DNA of 64,000 bases, taken from contig CBEVQO010000001.1 of the NCBI GenBank assembly GCA_965552055.1, positions 1 through 64,000 on the forward strand. The letters run 5' to 3'. Positions within the stretch are counted from its first letter, which is position 1, and each line of letters begins with the position of its first letter. This stretch comes from an uncultured bacterium (GTDB lineage Bacteria; Hydrothermota; UBA3073; NMUJ01; CBEVQO01). The notes under the pieces were generated by a model. The model had not been told where the DNA came from and did not search any database. It saw nothing but the letters and a program-made list of their open reading frames with translations. Shown here in pieces: positions 55,329-64,000 of this stretch. The translations under genes and the position numbers were made by a program.

Positions 55329-57642
55329 CGATTGCTATCCTTACCACATCCTCTATTTTATCAACAAATTCAAATTTTAATCCTTCTTTTATATGCTCTG
55401 GCACTTTATCCAAATCTTTTTTATTCCATTTTGGCAAAATAACTGTTTCTATTCCTGCTCTTTTTGCAGCTGTTACTTTTTCTCTTATTCCACCTACTGG
55501 TAATACTTTTCCTGTCAATGTTATTTCTCCTGTCATCGCTACCTTTGGATTTACTGGTTTTTGTGTGAAAAGTGATACAAGTGCTGTTGCTATTGCTACT
55601 CCTGCGGAAGGTCCGTCTTTGGGTATAGCACCTTCTGGCACATGAACATGCACCGTGCACTTATCGAAAGCTTCTGGTTTTATTCCGAATTTTTGAGCAT
55701 TTGCTCTCACATAGGTCAAAGCAGCGTGCGCTGATTCACGCATTATATCACCAAGATGACCTGTCAGAATTAATTCTTCTTTGCCTTTCATTTTTGCTGT
55801 TTCTATAAAAATTATGTCGCCTCCAAAAGGTGTCCAGCTGAGACCTGTTGCCACACCCACTTCGCCCTGACGCGCAGCAACTTCAGAGTAATATCTGGGA
55901 GGACCCAAAAATTCTTCAACCTTATCGGGAGTTATTACCACTTTCATCTCCTTACCGCTTGCTATCTCTTTTGCCACTTTACGCAAACACGCTGCTATCT
56001 CACGCTCAAGATTGCGAACACCCGCTTCTCTCGTATAATCCGTTATTATCTTCTCAATAGCAGACCTCGTAAATTTAACAACTTCAGGAGTTAAGCCATT
56101 TTCTTTTATTTGCCTTGGAATCAAATAATTTTCTGCGATTCTTAATTTATCTTCAAGAATATATCCAGGGATTTCAATTATTTCCATTCTATCTCTTAAT
56201 GCTGGAGGTATCGTATCAACTCTATTTCCTGTTGCTATAAATAAAACTTTTGATAGGTCAAAAGGCACTTCGAGATAATGGTCAGAGAAGCTGTGGTTTT
56301 GCTCTGGGTCGAGCACTTCTAACAGTGCAGCAGAAGGGTCGCCTCTAAAATCTGCTCCAATTTTATCAATTTCATCAAGCATAAATACTGGATTTTTTGT
56401 ACCTGCGCGCCTTATTCCCTGAATTATCCTGCCGGGCAATGCACCAACATAAGTGCGCCTGTGACCCCTTATTTCTGCCTCATCCCTTATACCACCGAGC
56501 GAAATGCGAATGAATTTCCTGCCAAGAGCACGCGCTATGGACATACCAAGGGATGTTTTGCCCACACCTGGCGGTCCTATAAAACAAAGAATAGGACCTT
56601 TTGTATCTTTCCTCAATTTTCTTACAGCAAGAAATTCCAAAATTCTTTCTTTTACATCCTCAAGGTCATAATGGTCTTCATCCAGAATTTTCTTGGCTCT
56701 TTCAACATCAAGATTATCTTCGGTTTCAACAGACCATGGCAGATTTATAAGCCAGTCAAGATATGTTCTTATAACGGTGTATTCAGCAGCGGCTATCGGC
56801 ACCTTTTCCAATCTTGCTAACTGTCTTAATGCCTCTTCTTCTGCTTCCTTGGGCATTTTTGCTTCTTTTATTTTCTTCCTCAATTCTTCGATTTCTGCTT
56901 CTTTTTCATCAAGTTCACCCAATTCTTTTTTGATAGCTTTTAATTGTTCTCTCAAAAAGTATTCTCTCTGGGTTTTATCAATCTCCTCTTTTACTTCTTC
57001 TCTTATTTTTTCTCCAATTTTCAAAATGTTTTCTTCTTTAACAAGAAGTGGTATCAATTTTTGCAATCTTTCTTTTACATTTATCGCTGCCAAAATTTGT
57101 TGTTTTTCTTCTGTTTTTAGATTCACCTGAGATGCTATAAAATCTGCGAGTTTACCTGGCGATGTTATATTTTCAACTACTATTTTTGCCTCATCTGATA
57201 GATATGGTGCTCTATCCACTATCCTTGCAAATACGGATTTGACACTTCGCATAAGGGCTTCTGTTTCAACATCTATTTCTTCTTCTTTTTCTTCAATAAC
57301 TGTCACTTCACCAACAAGATAAGGTTCTTCTTTTATTATTTTGTCGAGTTTTATTCTTTTCATGCCCTGTACGAGTATTTTTACAGTGCCATCGGGTATT
57401 TTTAACATTTTCAAAATTACAGCCATTACACCGACTTTATGGATATTATCGGGATTATGAGGGTCTTTCTGTGGGTCAATTACCGTAAAAGCTGCCAGTA
57501 GTTTGTCTTTTGTAACAACTTCATCTATCAATTTAACTGACTTGTCGTCCGTTGCTGTAAGTGGTACCGCAAGAAATGGGAAAATGACTATATTCTCTAC
57601 AGGTAATATTGGCAATGTCTTTTTTTCTTCTTTTTTAATCAT
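55309..57642 (-). CDS. lon: ATP-dependent Lon protease
   Basis: GPPGVGKTS, LDEIDK, PKDGPSAG Ser, GGIREK Lys. Confidence 0.97.
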   Translation of the reverse strand: MIKKEEKKTLPILPVENIVIFPFLAVPLTATDDKSVKLIDEVVTKDKLLAAFTVIDPQKDPHNPDNIHKVGVMAVILKMLKIPDGTVKILVQGMKRIKLDKIIKEEPYLVGEVTVIEEKEEEIDVETEALMRSVKSVFARIVDRAPYLSDEAKIVVENITSPGKLADFIASQVNLKTEEKQQILAAINVKERLQKLIPLLVKEENILKIGEKIREEVKEEIDKTQREYFLREQLKAIKKELGELDEKEAEIEELRKKIKEAKMPKEAEEEALRQLARLEKVPIAAAEYTVIRTYLDWLINLPWSVETEDNLDVERAKKILDEDHYDLEDVKERILEFLAVRKLRKDTKGPILCFIGPPGVGKTSLGMSIARALGRKFIRISLGGIRDEAEIRGHRRTYVGALPGRIIQGIRRAGTKNPVFMLDEIDKIGADFRGDPSAALLEVLDPEQNHSFSDHYLEVPFDLSKVLFIATGNRVDTIPPALRDRMEIIEIPGYILEDKLRIAENYLIPRQIKENGLTPEVVKFTRSAIEKIITDYTREAGVRNLEREIAACLRKVAKEIASGKEMKVVITPDKVEEFLGPPRYYSEVAARQGEVGVATGLSWTPFGGDIIFIETAKMKGKEELILTGHLGDIMRESAHAALTYVRANAQKFGIKPEAFDKCTVHVHVPEGAIPKDGPSAGVAIATALVSLFTQKPVNPKVAMTGEITLTGKVLPVGGIREKVTAAKRAGIETVILPKWNKKDLDKVPEHIKEGLKFEFVDKIEDVVRIAIGDATSS

Positions 57643-58078
57643 CTTCTACCTCCACTTCGATTATTTTTGGCTTTTTCTTTCTAAATCTTATTTTGAAAAT
57701 GCCGTTTATATTTTCTATTTCACAGGTTGATTCTATTTTACAAGGTAACTTTATGTATCTGCTGAAACTACCGAAGGGTATTTCCATCTTATGGCATCTT
57801 CCTTTTTGTAAGGGAGGAAGTGGAAACAATCTCTGTCCCCAGATATGCAATACATTTTTATCGTTTATAGAAATGTTTATATCTTCTGGGTCAACACCTG
57901 GCAACTCCAAAAGCAAAATTATTTCTTCTGGTGTTTCATAAAGGTCTGTGGAAGGCGAAAATGTTTTTTCGATAAAAGCAGGCAACCTGTGATGGAAAAA
58001 AGTTTCAAAAATGGTTTCTATTTCTTTGTGAGCTTCTTCAATTATACGCAAAATATTTTTTGTAATCCTATCAGCCAT
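57635..58078 (-). CDS. Hsp20/alpha-crystallin small heat-shock protein
   Basis: DLYET, ELPGV, EI.FGSFSR.I.LP, NGIFKI. Confidence 0.9.
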   Translation of the reverse strand: MADRITKNILRIIEEAHKEIETIFETFFHHRLPAFIEKTFSPSTDLYETPEEIILLLELPGVDPEDINISINDKNVLHIWGQRLFPLPPLQKGRCHKMEIPFGSFSRYIKLPCKIESTCEIENINGIFKIRFRKKKPKIIEVEVEDD

Positions 58079-58083
58079 CAATT

Positions 58084-58110
58084 ATTTTAATCACTTTTTG
58101 TGGATGTCAA
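58084..58110 (-). promoter_or_regulatory. Promoter TTGACA-N15-TAAAAT (hsp20-lon)
   Basis: Minus strand TTGACA 58110-58105, TAAAAT 58089-58084, ATG 5 nt later. Confidence 0.75.
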
Positions 58111-58124
58111 CAAATTTCATTGGT

Positions 58125-58985
58125 TCAATCGTAACCAAATTGTTTTAGTAAAAATTTATTTTTACGCCAGCCTTTTTTAACTTTTACCCAGAGCTCAAGA
58201 TAAACAGGATGATTTAAAAATATTTCAATATCCCTTCTTGCTTCTATCCCGAGTTTTTTAATCGCTCTTCCGTCTTTTCCTATCAATATTGCTTTTTCGC
58301 CTTCTGTCTCAACATAAATCGTTGCTTTTATGTAATATTTCCCGGGTTTCTCCTGAAATTCATCTATTACCACGGTGGATGCATAGGGAACTTCCTGACC
58401 ATAAAGTTTGAATATCTTTTCTCTTATTATTTCCGCTACAAAAAAGCGTTCATCACGGTCAGAAACCTGATCCTCGGGATAATAAGGTTCTCTCTCCGGC
58501 AAATATTTTATTATCACATTTAAAAGGTCATCTATATTCGTCCCATAAAGTGCAGATATCGGCACTACTTCTTTCACCCATTCATATTTGCTATAAGATT
58601 CAATCAATGGAAGTAAAGACTCTTTTCTTTTCATAAGGTCTATTTTATTTATCGCAACTATTACATTATGTTCTTTTAATTTCTGTAGCAGTTCATCTTC
58701 GAACTGGAACGGTTCAACCATAAGAATTACAATGTCAACTCCTTCCAGTGCTTCAAAAGCAGTTTTTACCATTATTTTTTGTAATTCATAGGAAGGTTTA
58801 AAAATACCCGGAGTATCAACAAATATTATCTGTGCATCCTCTCTATTTAAAATGCCTACTATTTTGTGGCGCGTGGTTTGAGGTTTTGGAGTAACAGCGC
58901 TTAATTTCATTCCAAGTAAAAAATTCATAAGGGTAGACTTACCGACATTTGGTCTCCCTACAATTGTTACAAAGCCCGATTTCAT
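58125..58985 (-). CDS. era: GTPase Era
   Basis: GRPNVGKST, DTPG, NKID, KH domain, LELWVKV. Confidence 0.96.
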   Translation of the reverse strand: MKSGFVTIVGRPNVGKSTLMNFLLGMKLSAVTPKPQTTRHKIVGILNREDAQIIFVDTPGIFKPSYELQKIMVKTAFEALEGVDIVILMVEPFQFEDELLQKLKEHNVIVAINKIDLMKRKESLLPLIESYSKYEWVKEVVPISALYGTNIDDLLNVIIKYLPEREPYYPEDQVSDRDERFFVAEIIREKIFKLYGQEVPYASTVVIDEFQEKPGKYYIKATIYVETEGEKAILIGKDGRAIKKLGIEARRDIEIFLNHPVYLELWVKVKKGWRKNKFLLKQFGYD

Positions 58986-59579
58986 TTATTCCTCCGAAAA
59001 TTTTTCAATAACTTCTGATTTCTTCTTCTCAAGGCTACTTAAAACTTTCTGGATTTGTGGTTTTAATTTTTCCGGTGCCGCACCTTTTCGAAGCAACCTC
59101 ATTGCACTGTTTATCTCAGCGAGCAATATTCTTAATTTTTCAACATCTCCTTCAACCGGTTTTGACAAAATCTGCATCGCCTCTGCCAAAACATTTTCAT
59201 CCACATAATACTGGGGAATCAGTTCTTCTATTTTTTGCAACAATTTCTTTTTATCAAATGGCTTTACAAGATAACCTTCTGCTCCCAATGTAAGTGCCGT
59301 CTGTACATCTGATAGCTCTTTTTTTGCTGTCACCATAATAACAGGTATTTTGGCGGTTTCCGCTGCCTCTTTCAATAATTTTAAAAGTTCAAGACCACTC
59401 ATACCGGGCAACATTATGTCAAGCAGTAAAACTTCGGGAGGATTTTTTTGTAAATGCGGGAGAGCTTCTTCAGCTGTATGAAAAATATTGACGATATAAC
59501 CTTCTTTTTCGAGTGTGAGTTTTAGCATGTGTGCAAGTGATACATCATCTTCAACTATAACTATTCTCTCCCTTACCAT
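58986..59579 (-). CDS. Response regulator (receiver + helical C-terminal domain)
   Basis: VEDD, LLDIMLPG (phospho-Asp), VTA, KPF. Confidence 0.88.
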   Translation of the reverse strand: MVRERIVIVEDDVSLAHMLKLTLEKEGYIVNIFHTAEEALPHLQKNPPEVLLLDIMLPGMSGLELLKLLKEAAETAKIPVIMVTAKKELSDVQTALTLGAEGYLVKPFDKKKLLQKIEELIPQYYVDENVLAEAMQILSKPVEGDVEKLRILLAEINSAMRLLRKGAAPEKLKPQIQKVLSSLEKKKSEVIEKFSEE

Positions 59580-60508
59580 TATGCAGGTTTACCCGACAGA
59601 AGATAAAATATTGCCATACGCACAGCTACACCGTTTGTAACCTGAGATAGAATCAGAGATTTTTCACCATCTGCAACATCTGGTGCTAACTCAACCCCTC
59701 GATTTACGGGCCCGGGATGCATTATGACAGCACCTTTTTTCATCTTCGCAACGACATCTTTTGTTATGGAATAAAACTTTATGTATTCTCTTAAAGATGG
59801 GAACAGACCTTGACGCTGTCTTTCTTTTTGGATTCTCAAAACATAGATTACATCTTTATCTTTTATCGCTTCGTGCAGGTCATAATAAACTTTCACACCG
59901 GTTTTTTCGATACCATAAGGTATAAGTGTAGGAGGTCCGCATACCGATACTTTTGCACCCATTTTTGTCATCCCCCAGATGTTTGAACGAGCAACCCTTG
60001 AATGCAAAATATCACCCACTATTAAAATCTCAAGCCCATCAAGTGTGCCAAATTTCTCCTTTATCGTCAAAATATCTAACAATGCCTGAGTTGGATGCTC
60101 ATGGCAGCCGTCTCCTGCATTTATTACAGAAGCCTTTAAATGACGGGCAAGAAGATGGGGAGCACCTGGTGAAGAATGCCTCACTATTACAAAATCCACT
60201 TTCATAGCTTCAAGGTTCTTTGCGGTATCAAGCAATGTCTCTCCTTTCAGCACACTTGAAGACGAAGCAGAAACACTTACAACATTTGCAGAAAGTGAAC
60301 GCGCTGCTAAACTAAAAGAGTTAAGTGTTCGAGTGCTCGGCTCAAAAAACAGCATACAAGCAGTTTTACCTCGCAAATATGGTACAACTTTTATTGGTCT
60401 TTGAAGAATCTCTTTAAAAGATTTCGCCGTCTCGCAAATAAGTTCTATTTCTTCACGGGAAAGTTCTTTTATCCCTAAGAGGTCTTTTCTCCTGAATTCT
60501 CTTTGCAT
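59579..60508 (-). CDS. pyrB: Aspartate carbamoyltransferase catalytic subunit
   Basis: FEPSTRT, HPTQALLD, HPGP.NRGVE. Confidence 0.96.
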   Translation of the reverse strand: MQREFRRKDLLGIKELSREEIELICETAKSFKEILQRPIKVVPYLRGKTACMLFFEPSTRTLNSFSLAARSLSANVVSVSASSSSVLKGETLLDTAKNLEAMKVDFVIVRHSSPGAPHLLARHLKASVINAGDGCHEHPTQALLDILTIKEKFGTLDGLEILIVGDILHSRVARSNIWGMTKMGAKVSVCGPPTLIPYGIEKTGVKVYYDLHEAIKDKDVIYVLRIQKERQRQGLFPSLREYIKFYSITKDVVAKMKKGAVIMHPGPVNRGVELAPDVADGEKSLILSQVTNGVAVRMAIFYLLSGKPA

Positions 60509-61017
60509 TTGCGCTTTACAATACGGACTTCATCCTTACCATCAAGTTCTTTTACACAAACTTCCACTATTTCATCCTGTGTTGTTTTGACAAATTTACC
60601 AACATAATCAGGACAAATTGGCAACTCTCTATGCCCTCTATCTATCAGACAACACAATCTTATCCTTTTTGGACGACCAAGGTCAGCGAGCTCCGTTAAA
60701 GCAGCTCTTATCGTCCTGCCAGTATAAATTACATCATCAACAAGAATTACAACTTTATCGTCGATATTAAAAGGTATTTCCGTACCGTGAACAACAGGCT
60801 TTTTATCGATAGTTGTTAAATCATCTCTATAAAGCGTTATATCTATGCTTCCGATTTCTATTTTTTTACCTGCTTTTTTCATATAATCTGCAAGGCGTTT
60901 CGCAAGAATATCTCCTCTCCTTTTTATACCAATAACACAAAGATTATTTTCTCCTTCATTTTTTATTATATTTTCCGCTAATTCAGCAAGAGAATGCTCG
61001 ATTTCTTCGGCTGTCAT
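60475..61017 (-). CDS. pyrR: Pyrimidine operon regulator / UPRTase
   Basis: DITLYRDD, VDDVIYTGRT, DRGHRELPI; start MTAEEI after AAAGGAGGTGA. Confidence 0.93.
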   Translation of the reverse strand: MTAEEIEHSLAELAENIIKNEGENNLCVIGIKRRGDILAKRLADYMKKAGKKIEIGSIDITLYRDDLTTIDKKPVVHGTEIPFNIDDKVVILVDDVIYTGRTIRAALTELADLGRPKRIRLCCLIDRGHRELPICPDYVGKFVKTTQDEIVEVCVKELDGKDEVRIVKRKCKENSGEKTS

Positions 61018-61027
61018 TATAAGCACT

Positions 61028-62548
61028 TCACCTCCTTTGTGTGTAAACATAAGTTATCAAATCATCCAAAGTTTTTACCCTGTCTAAAATCTCTTTTGCT
61101 TTTTTAACCATTTCGTCGTCTTTCAACATCGCTTTATATTTCCCCTTTATACCGCTAATACATTCAGATAACTCCATTTCTAAAGTCCTCTTTATAAAAG
61201 GCTTTGCTTCATTAAAATCTTTTTCGGAATATTCAAAATCTTTCCTCTTTAAAAATGCTCTGAAATCATCAAAAATTTCTTCTGTGATCTCGATTTCCCT
61301 TTCTTCTTTTAACTCCTCATGTTTCGAAGTATAATATCCTGCGAAATCTATGAATAGTCCTTTTCTTGCGATTTTATCAACAATTTGCGGAACCTTTGGC
61401 ATTTTCATCACAATATCAGGGATTATAGCACCCCCTCCTTTCCTTTTTATTTTATATTTGCCAAAACTCTCAAACTCCTTACCTGCCGTGGGATTCCTCA
61501 AAAGATATTTCGTCGTATCTGTTTTATCAATGCATCTACCACATGGCGTATAATACCTTGCAGTTGTTAATTTTATCGCTTCTGTCCAGCTTATTCTGTA
61601 AATGTTTTGCACAGAACCTTTGCCGAAAGTCGTATCACCAATTAAAATACCTTTCTCCCAGTCCTGCACCGCCCCCGCAACTATCTCCGAAGCACTTGCA
61701 CTACCTCTATCTACCAGAATTACAAGAGGCTCATCATCGATGAGTGAAGGAGAGTTTGCCCGATACTCCCTGTAAGAATTTCTACCTTTTGTAAAAACTA
61801 TAATTTTGCCAGAATCAATAAAATTATCCGCAACTTTTACAGCTTCATCAAGAAGTCCTCCCGGATTTCCCCTCAAATCGAGGATAAATTTCTTTGCTCC
61901 TTCTTTTTTCAATTCTAAAATAGCATTTTTTACTTCTTTACCTGCACCTCTTATAAATTGGGATAATCTTATATAGCCTATATCTTTACCAACTTTGCCA
62001 TAGTATGGCACTGCTTTCAATTTTATCATTTCTCTTATTAGTGTAACATCAAAGGGTTCTAAATCTCCTCTTTTTATCGTAATGGTAATTTTTGTCCCTG
62101 GTTCTCCTCTCATCTTTGAAACAGCTTCATCAAGTGATATTCCTTTTGCAGATTCTCCGTTGATTTTTATTATTTTATCACCAGACCTTATTCCTGCTCT
62201 GTATGCAGGTGTGCCTTCTATTGGCGCTACCACTGTAACCCAATCACCGATTTTTGTGATTATTATACCAAGTCCGCCATACTTTCCTTTTGTCTTTATT
62301 TCAAGCTCTTTTAACGCTTTTTCATCAAGGTATGCAGAATGAGGGTCAAGTGAAGAAAGCATACCCTTTATCGCTTCTTTTATTAACTTATCTGAATCAA
62401 CATCCTCAACATAGTAAAGCTTTACATATCTAAAAACTCTCTCAAAAAGTCTCAGTGACTGATAAACATTTGTGGAAGCCCATATGATGAAACTAAAAGA
62501 AAAAATCAAAAATAAACTTAAAATTATTTTTTTAAACTTTGTAGCCAT
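61028..62548 (-). CDS. ctpA: Carboxyl-terminal processing protease S41
   Basis: LDPHS, PDZ, DLRGNPGG, SASASE, GKGSVQ. Confidence 0.92.
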   Translation of the reverse strand: MATKFKKIILSLFLIFSFSFIIWASTNVYQSLRLFERVFRYVKLYYVEDVDSDKLIKEAIKGMLSSLDPHSAYLDEKALKELEIKTKGKYGGLGIIITKIGDWVTVVAPIEGTPAYRAGIRSGDKIIKINGESAKGISLDEAVSKMRGEPGTKITITIKRGDLEPFDVTLIREMIKLKAVPYYGKVGKDIGYIRLSQFIRGAGKEVKNAILELKKEGAKKFILDLRGNPGGLLDEAVKVADNFIDSGKIIVFTKGRNSYREYRANSPSLIDDEPLVILVDRGSASASEIVAGAVQDWEKGILIGDTTFGKGSVQNIYRISWTEAIKLTTARYYTPCGRCIDKTDTTKYLLRNPTAGKEFESFGKYKIKRKGGGAIIPDIVMKMPKVPQIVDKIARKGLFIDFAGYYTSKHEELKEEREIEITEEIFDDFRAFLKRKDFEYSEKDFNEAKPFIKRTLEMELSECISGIKGKYKAMLKDDEMVKKAKEILDRVKTLDDLITYVYTQRR

Positions 62549-63158
62549 GGTTTTTCAAAAACTCTTCCACAATGGAAATAACTTCTTTTTTCAATTCGTC
62601 GAGTGATTTTGATGCATCGAGTATCTTAATTCTACCAGGTGACTCTTTTGCGAGTCTCAGATATTCTACTCTAACTGCTCTGTGGAATTCTATATTTTCG
62701 CTTTCGATTCTATCCTTCTGGCGTATGCGCTTTAGAGCTTTATCAGGTGGCACATCCAGCAGTATCGTGAGGTCAGGCGTAATACCCGAAGTTGCAATTT
62801 TATTTAATTCTTTCAATGTGCCTTTCGGAAGATGCCTTCCACCGCCCTGATAAGCTATTGTAGCATCGGAGTATCTATCGGATATCACCACTTTATTTTC
62901 TTTCAACGCAGGTTTTATTATTTCTTCAACATGTTGAGCCCTGTCCGCAAGATAAAGAAAGAGCTCGGTCAAGGGATTCATCTGATTATGCACATCAAGT
63001 ATCAGTTCCCTGATTTTCTGAGTAAGTCGAGTCCCCCCGGGTTCCTTTGTCAAAACACAATTTATCCCTTTAGATTTCAAGTAGTCGTATAGGAATTTTG
63101 CCAATGTGCTTTTACCGCTTCCTTCTATTCCTTCAAAAGTAATGAGCAGTCCTGGCAT
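62532..63158 (-). CDS. tmk: Thymidylate kinase
   Basis: FEGIEGSGKST, ADRAQH, DRYSD...YQG. Confidence 0.95.
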   Translation of the reverse strand: MPGLLITFEGIEGSGKSTLAKFLYDYLKSKGINCVLTKEPGGTRLTQKIRELILDVHNQMNPLTELFLYLADRAQHVEEIIKPALKENKVVISDRYSDATIAYQGGGRHLPKGTLKELNKIATSGITPDLTILLDVPPDKALKRIRQKDRIESENIEFHRAVRVEYLRLAKESPGRIKILDASKSLDELKKEVISIVEEFLKNHGYKV

Positions 63159-64000
63159 CAAGAGGAAACCTTCTCCTCTGCGAGTTTGCCGTATTTCTCT
63201 ATAAATTCTTCAACCTTGCGCTTCGCTATCTCATCCGGGAATTGTACCGGCGGTGATTTCATGAAGTAAGAGGATGGACCTATTAATGGTCCGCCTATTC
63301 CGTTATCCAGAGCGATTTTGCATGCTCTTATGGCATCTATTACAACACCAGCAGAGTTCGGCGAATCCCATACTTCGAGTTTCAGCTCAATATTTAAAGG
63401 AACACCACCAAAAGATTTTCCTTCTAATCTTATGAATGCGAATTTCCTATCTTTGAGCCATGCAACGAAATCCGAAGGTCCGATATAAATATTTTCTCCT
63501 TCCATACCATCCGGTAAGAGTGATGTAACCGCCTGGGTCTTGGATTTCCTCTTTGACGCTAATCTTTCTCTTTCAAGCATATTTAAGAAATCCGTATTTC
63601 CTCCCACATTCAATTGATATGTCCTTTCGAGTTTCACGCCTCTATCGTTGAATAAACTTACCAGCGTTCTGTGTACGATTGTAGCTCCTACCTGTGATTT
63701 TATATCATCACCAACAACAGGTACCCCTGCTTCTTCAAATCTCTTTGCCCACTCTTCGTTGCTCGCGATAAATACAGGAATGCAGTTTACAAAACCAACA
63801 CCTGCTTCCAGAGCTTTCTGGGCATACCACTTTGTAGCCTCTTCGCTACCGACAGGCAAAAAGTTAACCAGTACATCTGTCTCTGTTTCTTTTAGCACCT
63901 TTACGATGTCAACAGGCTCATCATCGGATGGTATCACAACATCCTTCAAATATTTTCCGATACTATCCTTCACTTCTCCTCTCATCACTTTCACACCTGT
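63158..64000 (-). CDS. ino1: Myo-inositol-1-phosphate synthase (5' partial)
   Basis: [33 protein letters not shown]; frame is open to the window end. Confidence 0.93.
   Translation of the reverse strand, partial: TGVKVMRGEVKDSIGKYLKDVVIPSDDEPVDIVKVLKETETDVLVNFLPVGSEEATKWYAQKALEAGVGFVNCIPVFIASNEEWAKRFEEAGVPVVGDDIKSQVGATIVHRTLVSLFNDRGVKLERTYQLNVGGNTDFLNMLERERLASKRKSKTQAVTSLLPDGMEGENIYIGPSDFVAWLKDRKFAFIRLEGKSFGGVPLNIELKLEVWDSPNSAGVVIDAIRACKIALDNGIGGPLIGPSSYFMKSPPVQFPDEIAKRKVEEFIEKYGKLAEEKVSS

Overview
AT-rich, very gene-dense bacterial chromosome segment. It is probably from an uncultured diderm, likely thermophilic FCB-affiliated lineage such as candidate division WOR-3; this is an inference from the Lys/Glu-rich proteins, C-terminal sorting domains, C25 gingipain and PEGA proteins. 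Content is mostly housekeeping genes (fabG, holB, prfA, rpmB, dapA, queF, tgt, gatB, lepB, panC, folK, dut, lon, era, pyrR/pyrB, tmk, ino1, a type II topoisomerase A subunit), envelope and glycosylation genes, tRNA-Ser(GGA), tRNA-Glu(TTC) and an RNase P RNA. No CRISPR array, integrase, transposase or prophage was seen. The most striking signals are non-coding. (1) All 14 recognisable sigma70-type promoters have a 15-bp, not 17-bp, spacer between -35 and -10, and many appear to drive leaderless mRNAs. (2) The RNase P RNA is only ~274 nt and lacks P6/P16/P17/P18/P19 and the L15 CCA-binding loop. (3) A dispersed ~62-bp element (GCGAAGC hairpin plus a perfect GGGTGGGCGGGTGGG G-quadruplex motif) sits at an identical distance upstream of two promoters. 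(4) A 7-repeat beta-propeller lipoprotein has a nearly invariant DNA scaffold with hypervariable codons at fixed positions. (5) lepB has no canonical start codon upstream of its catalytic Ser.
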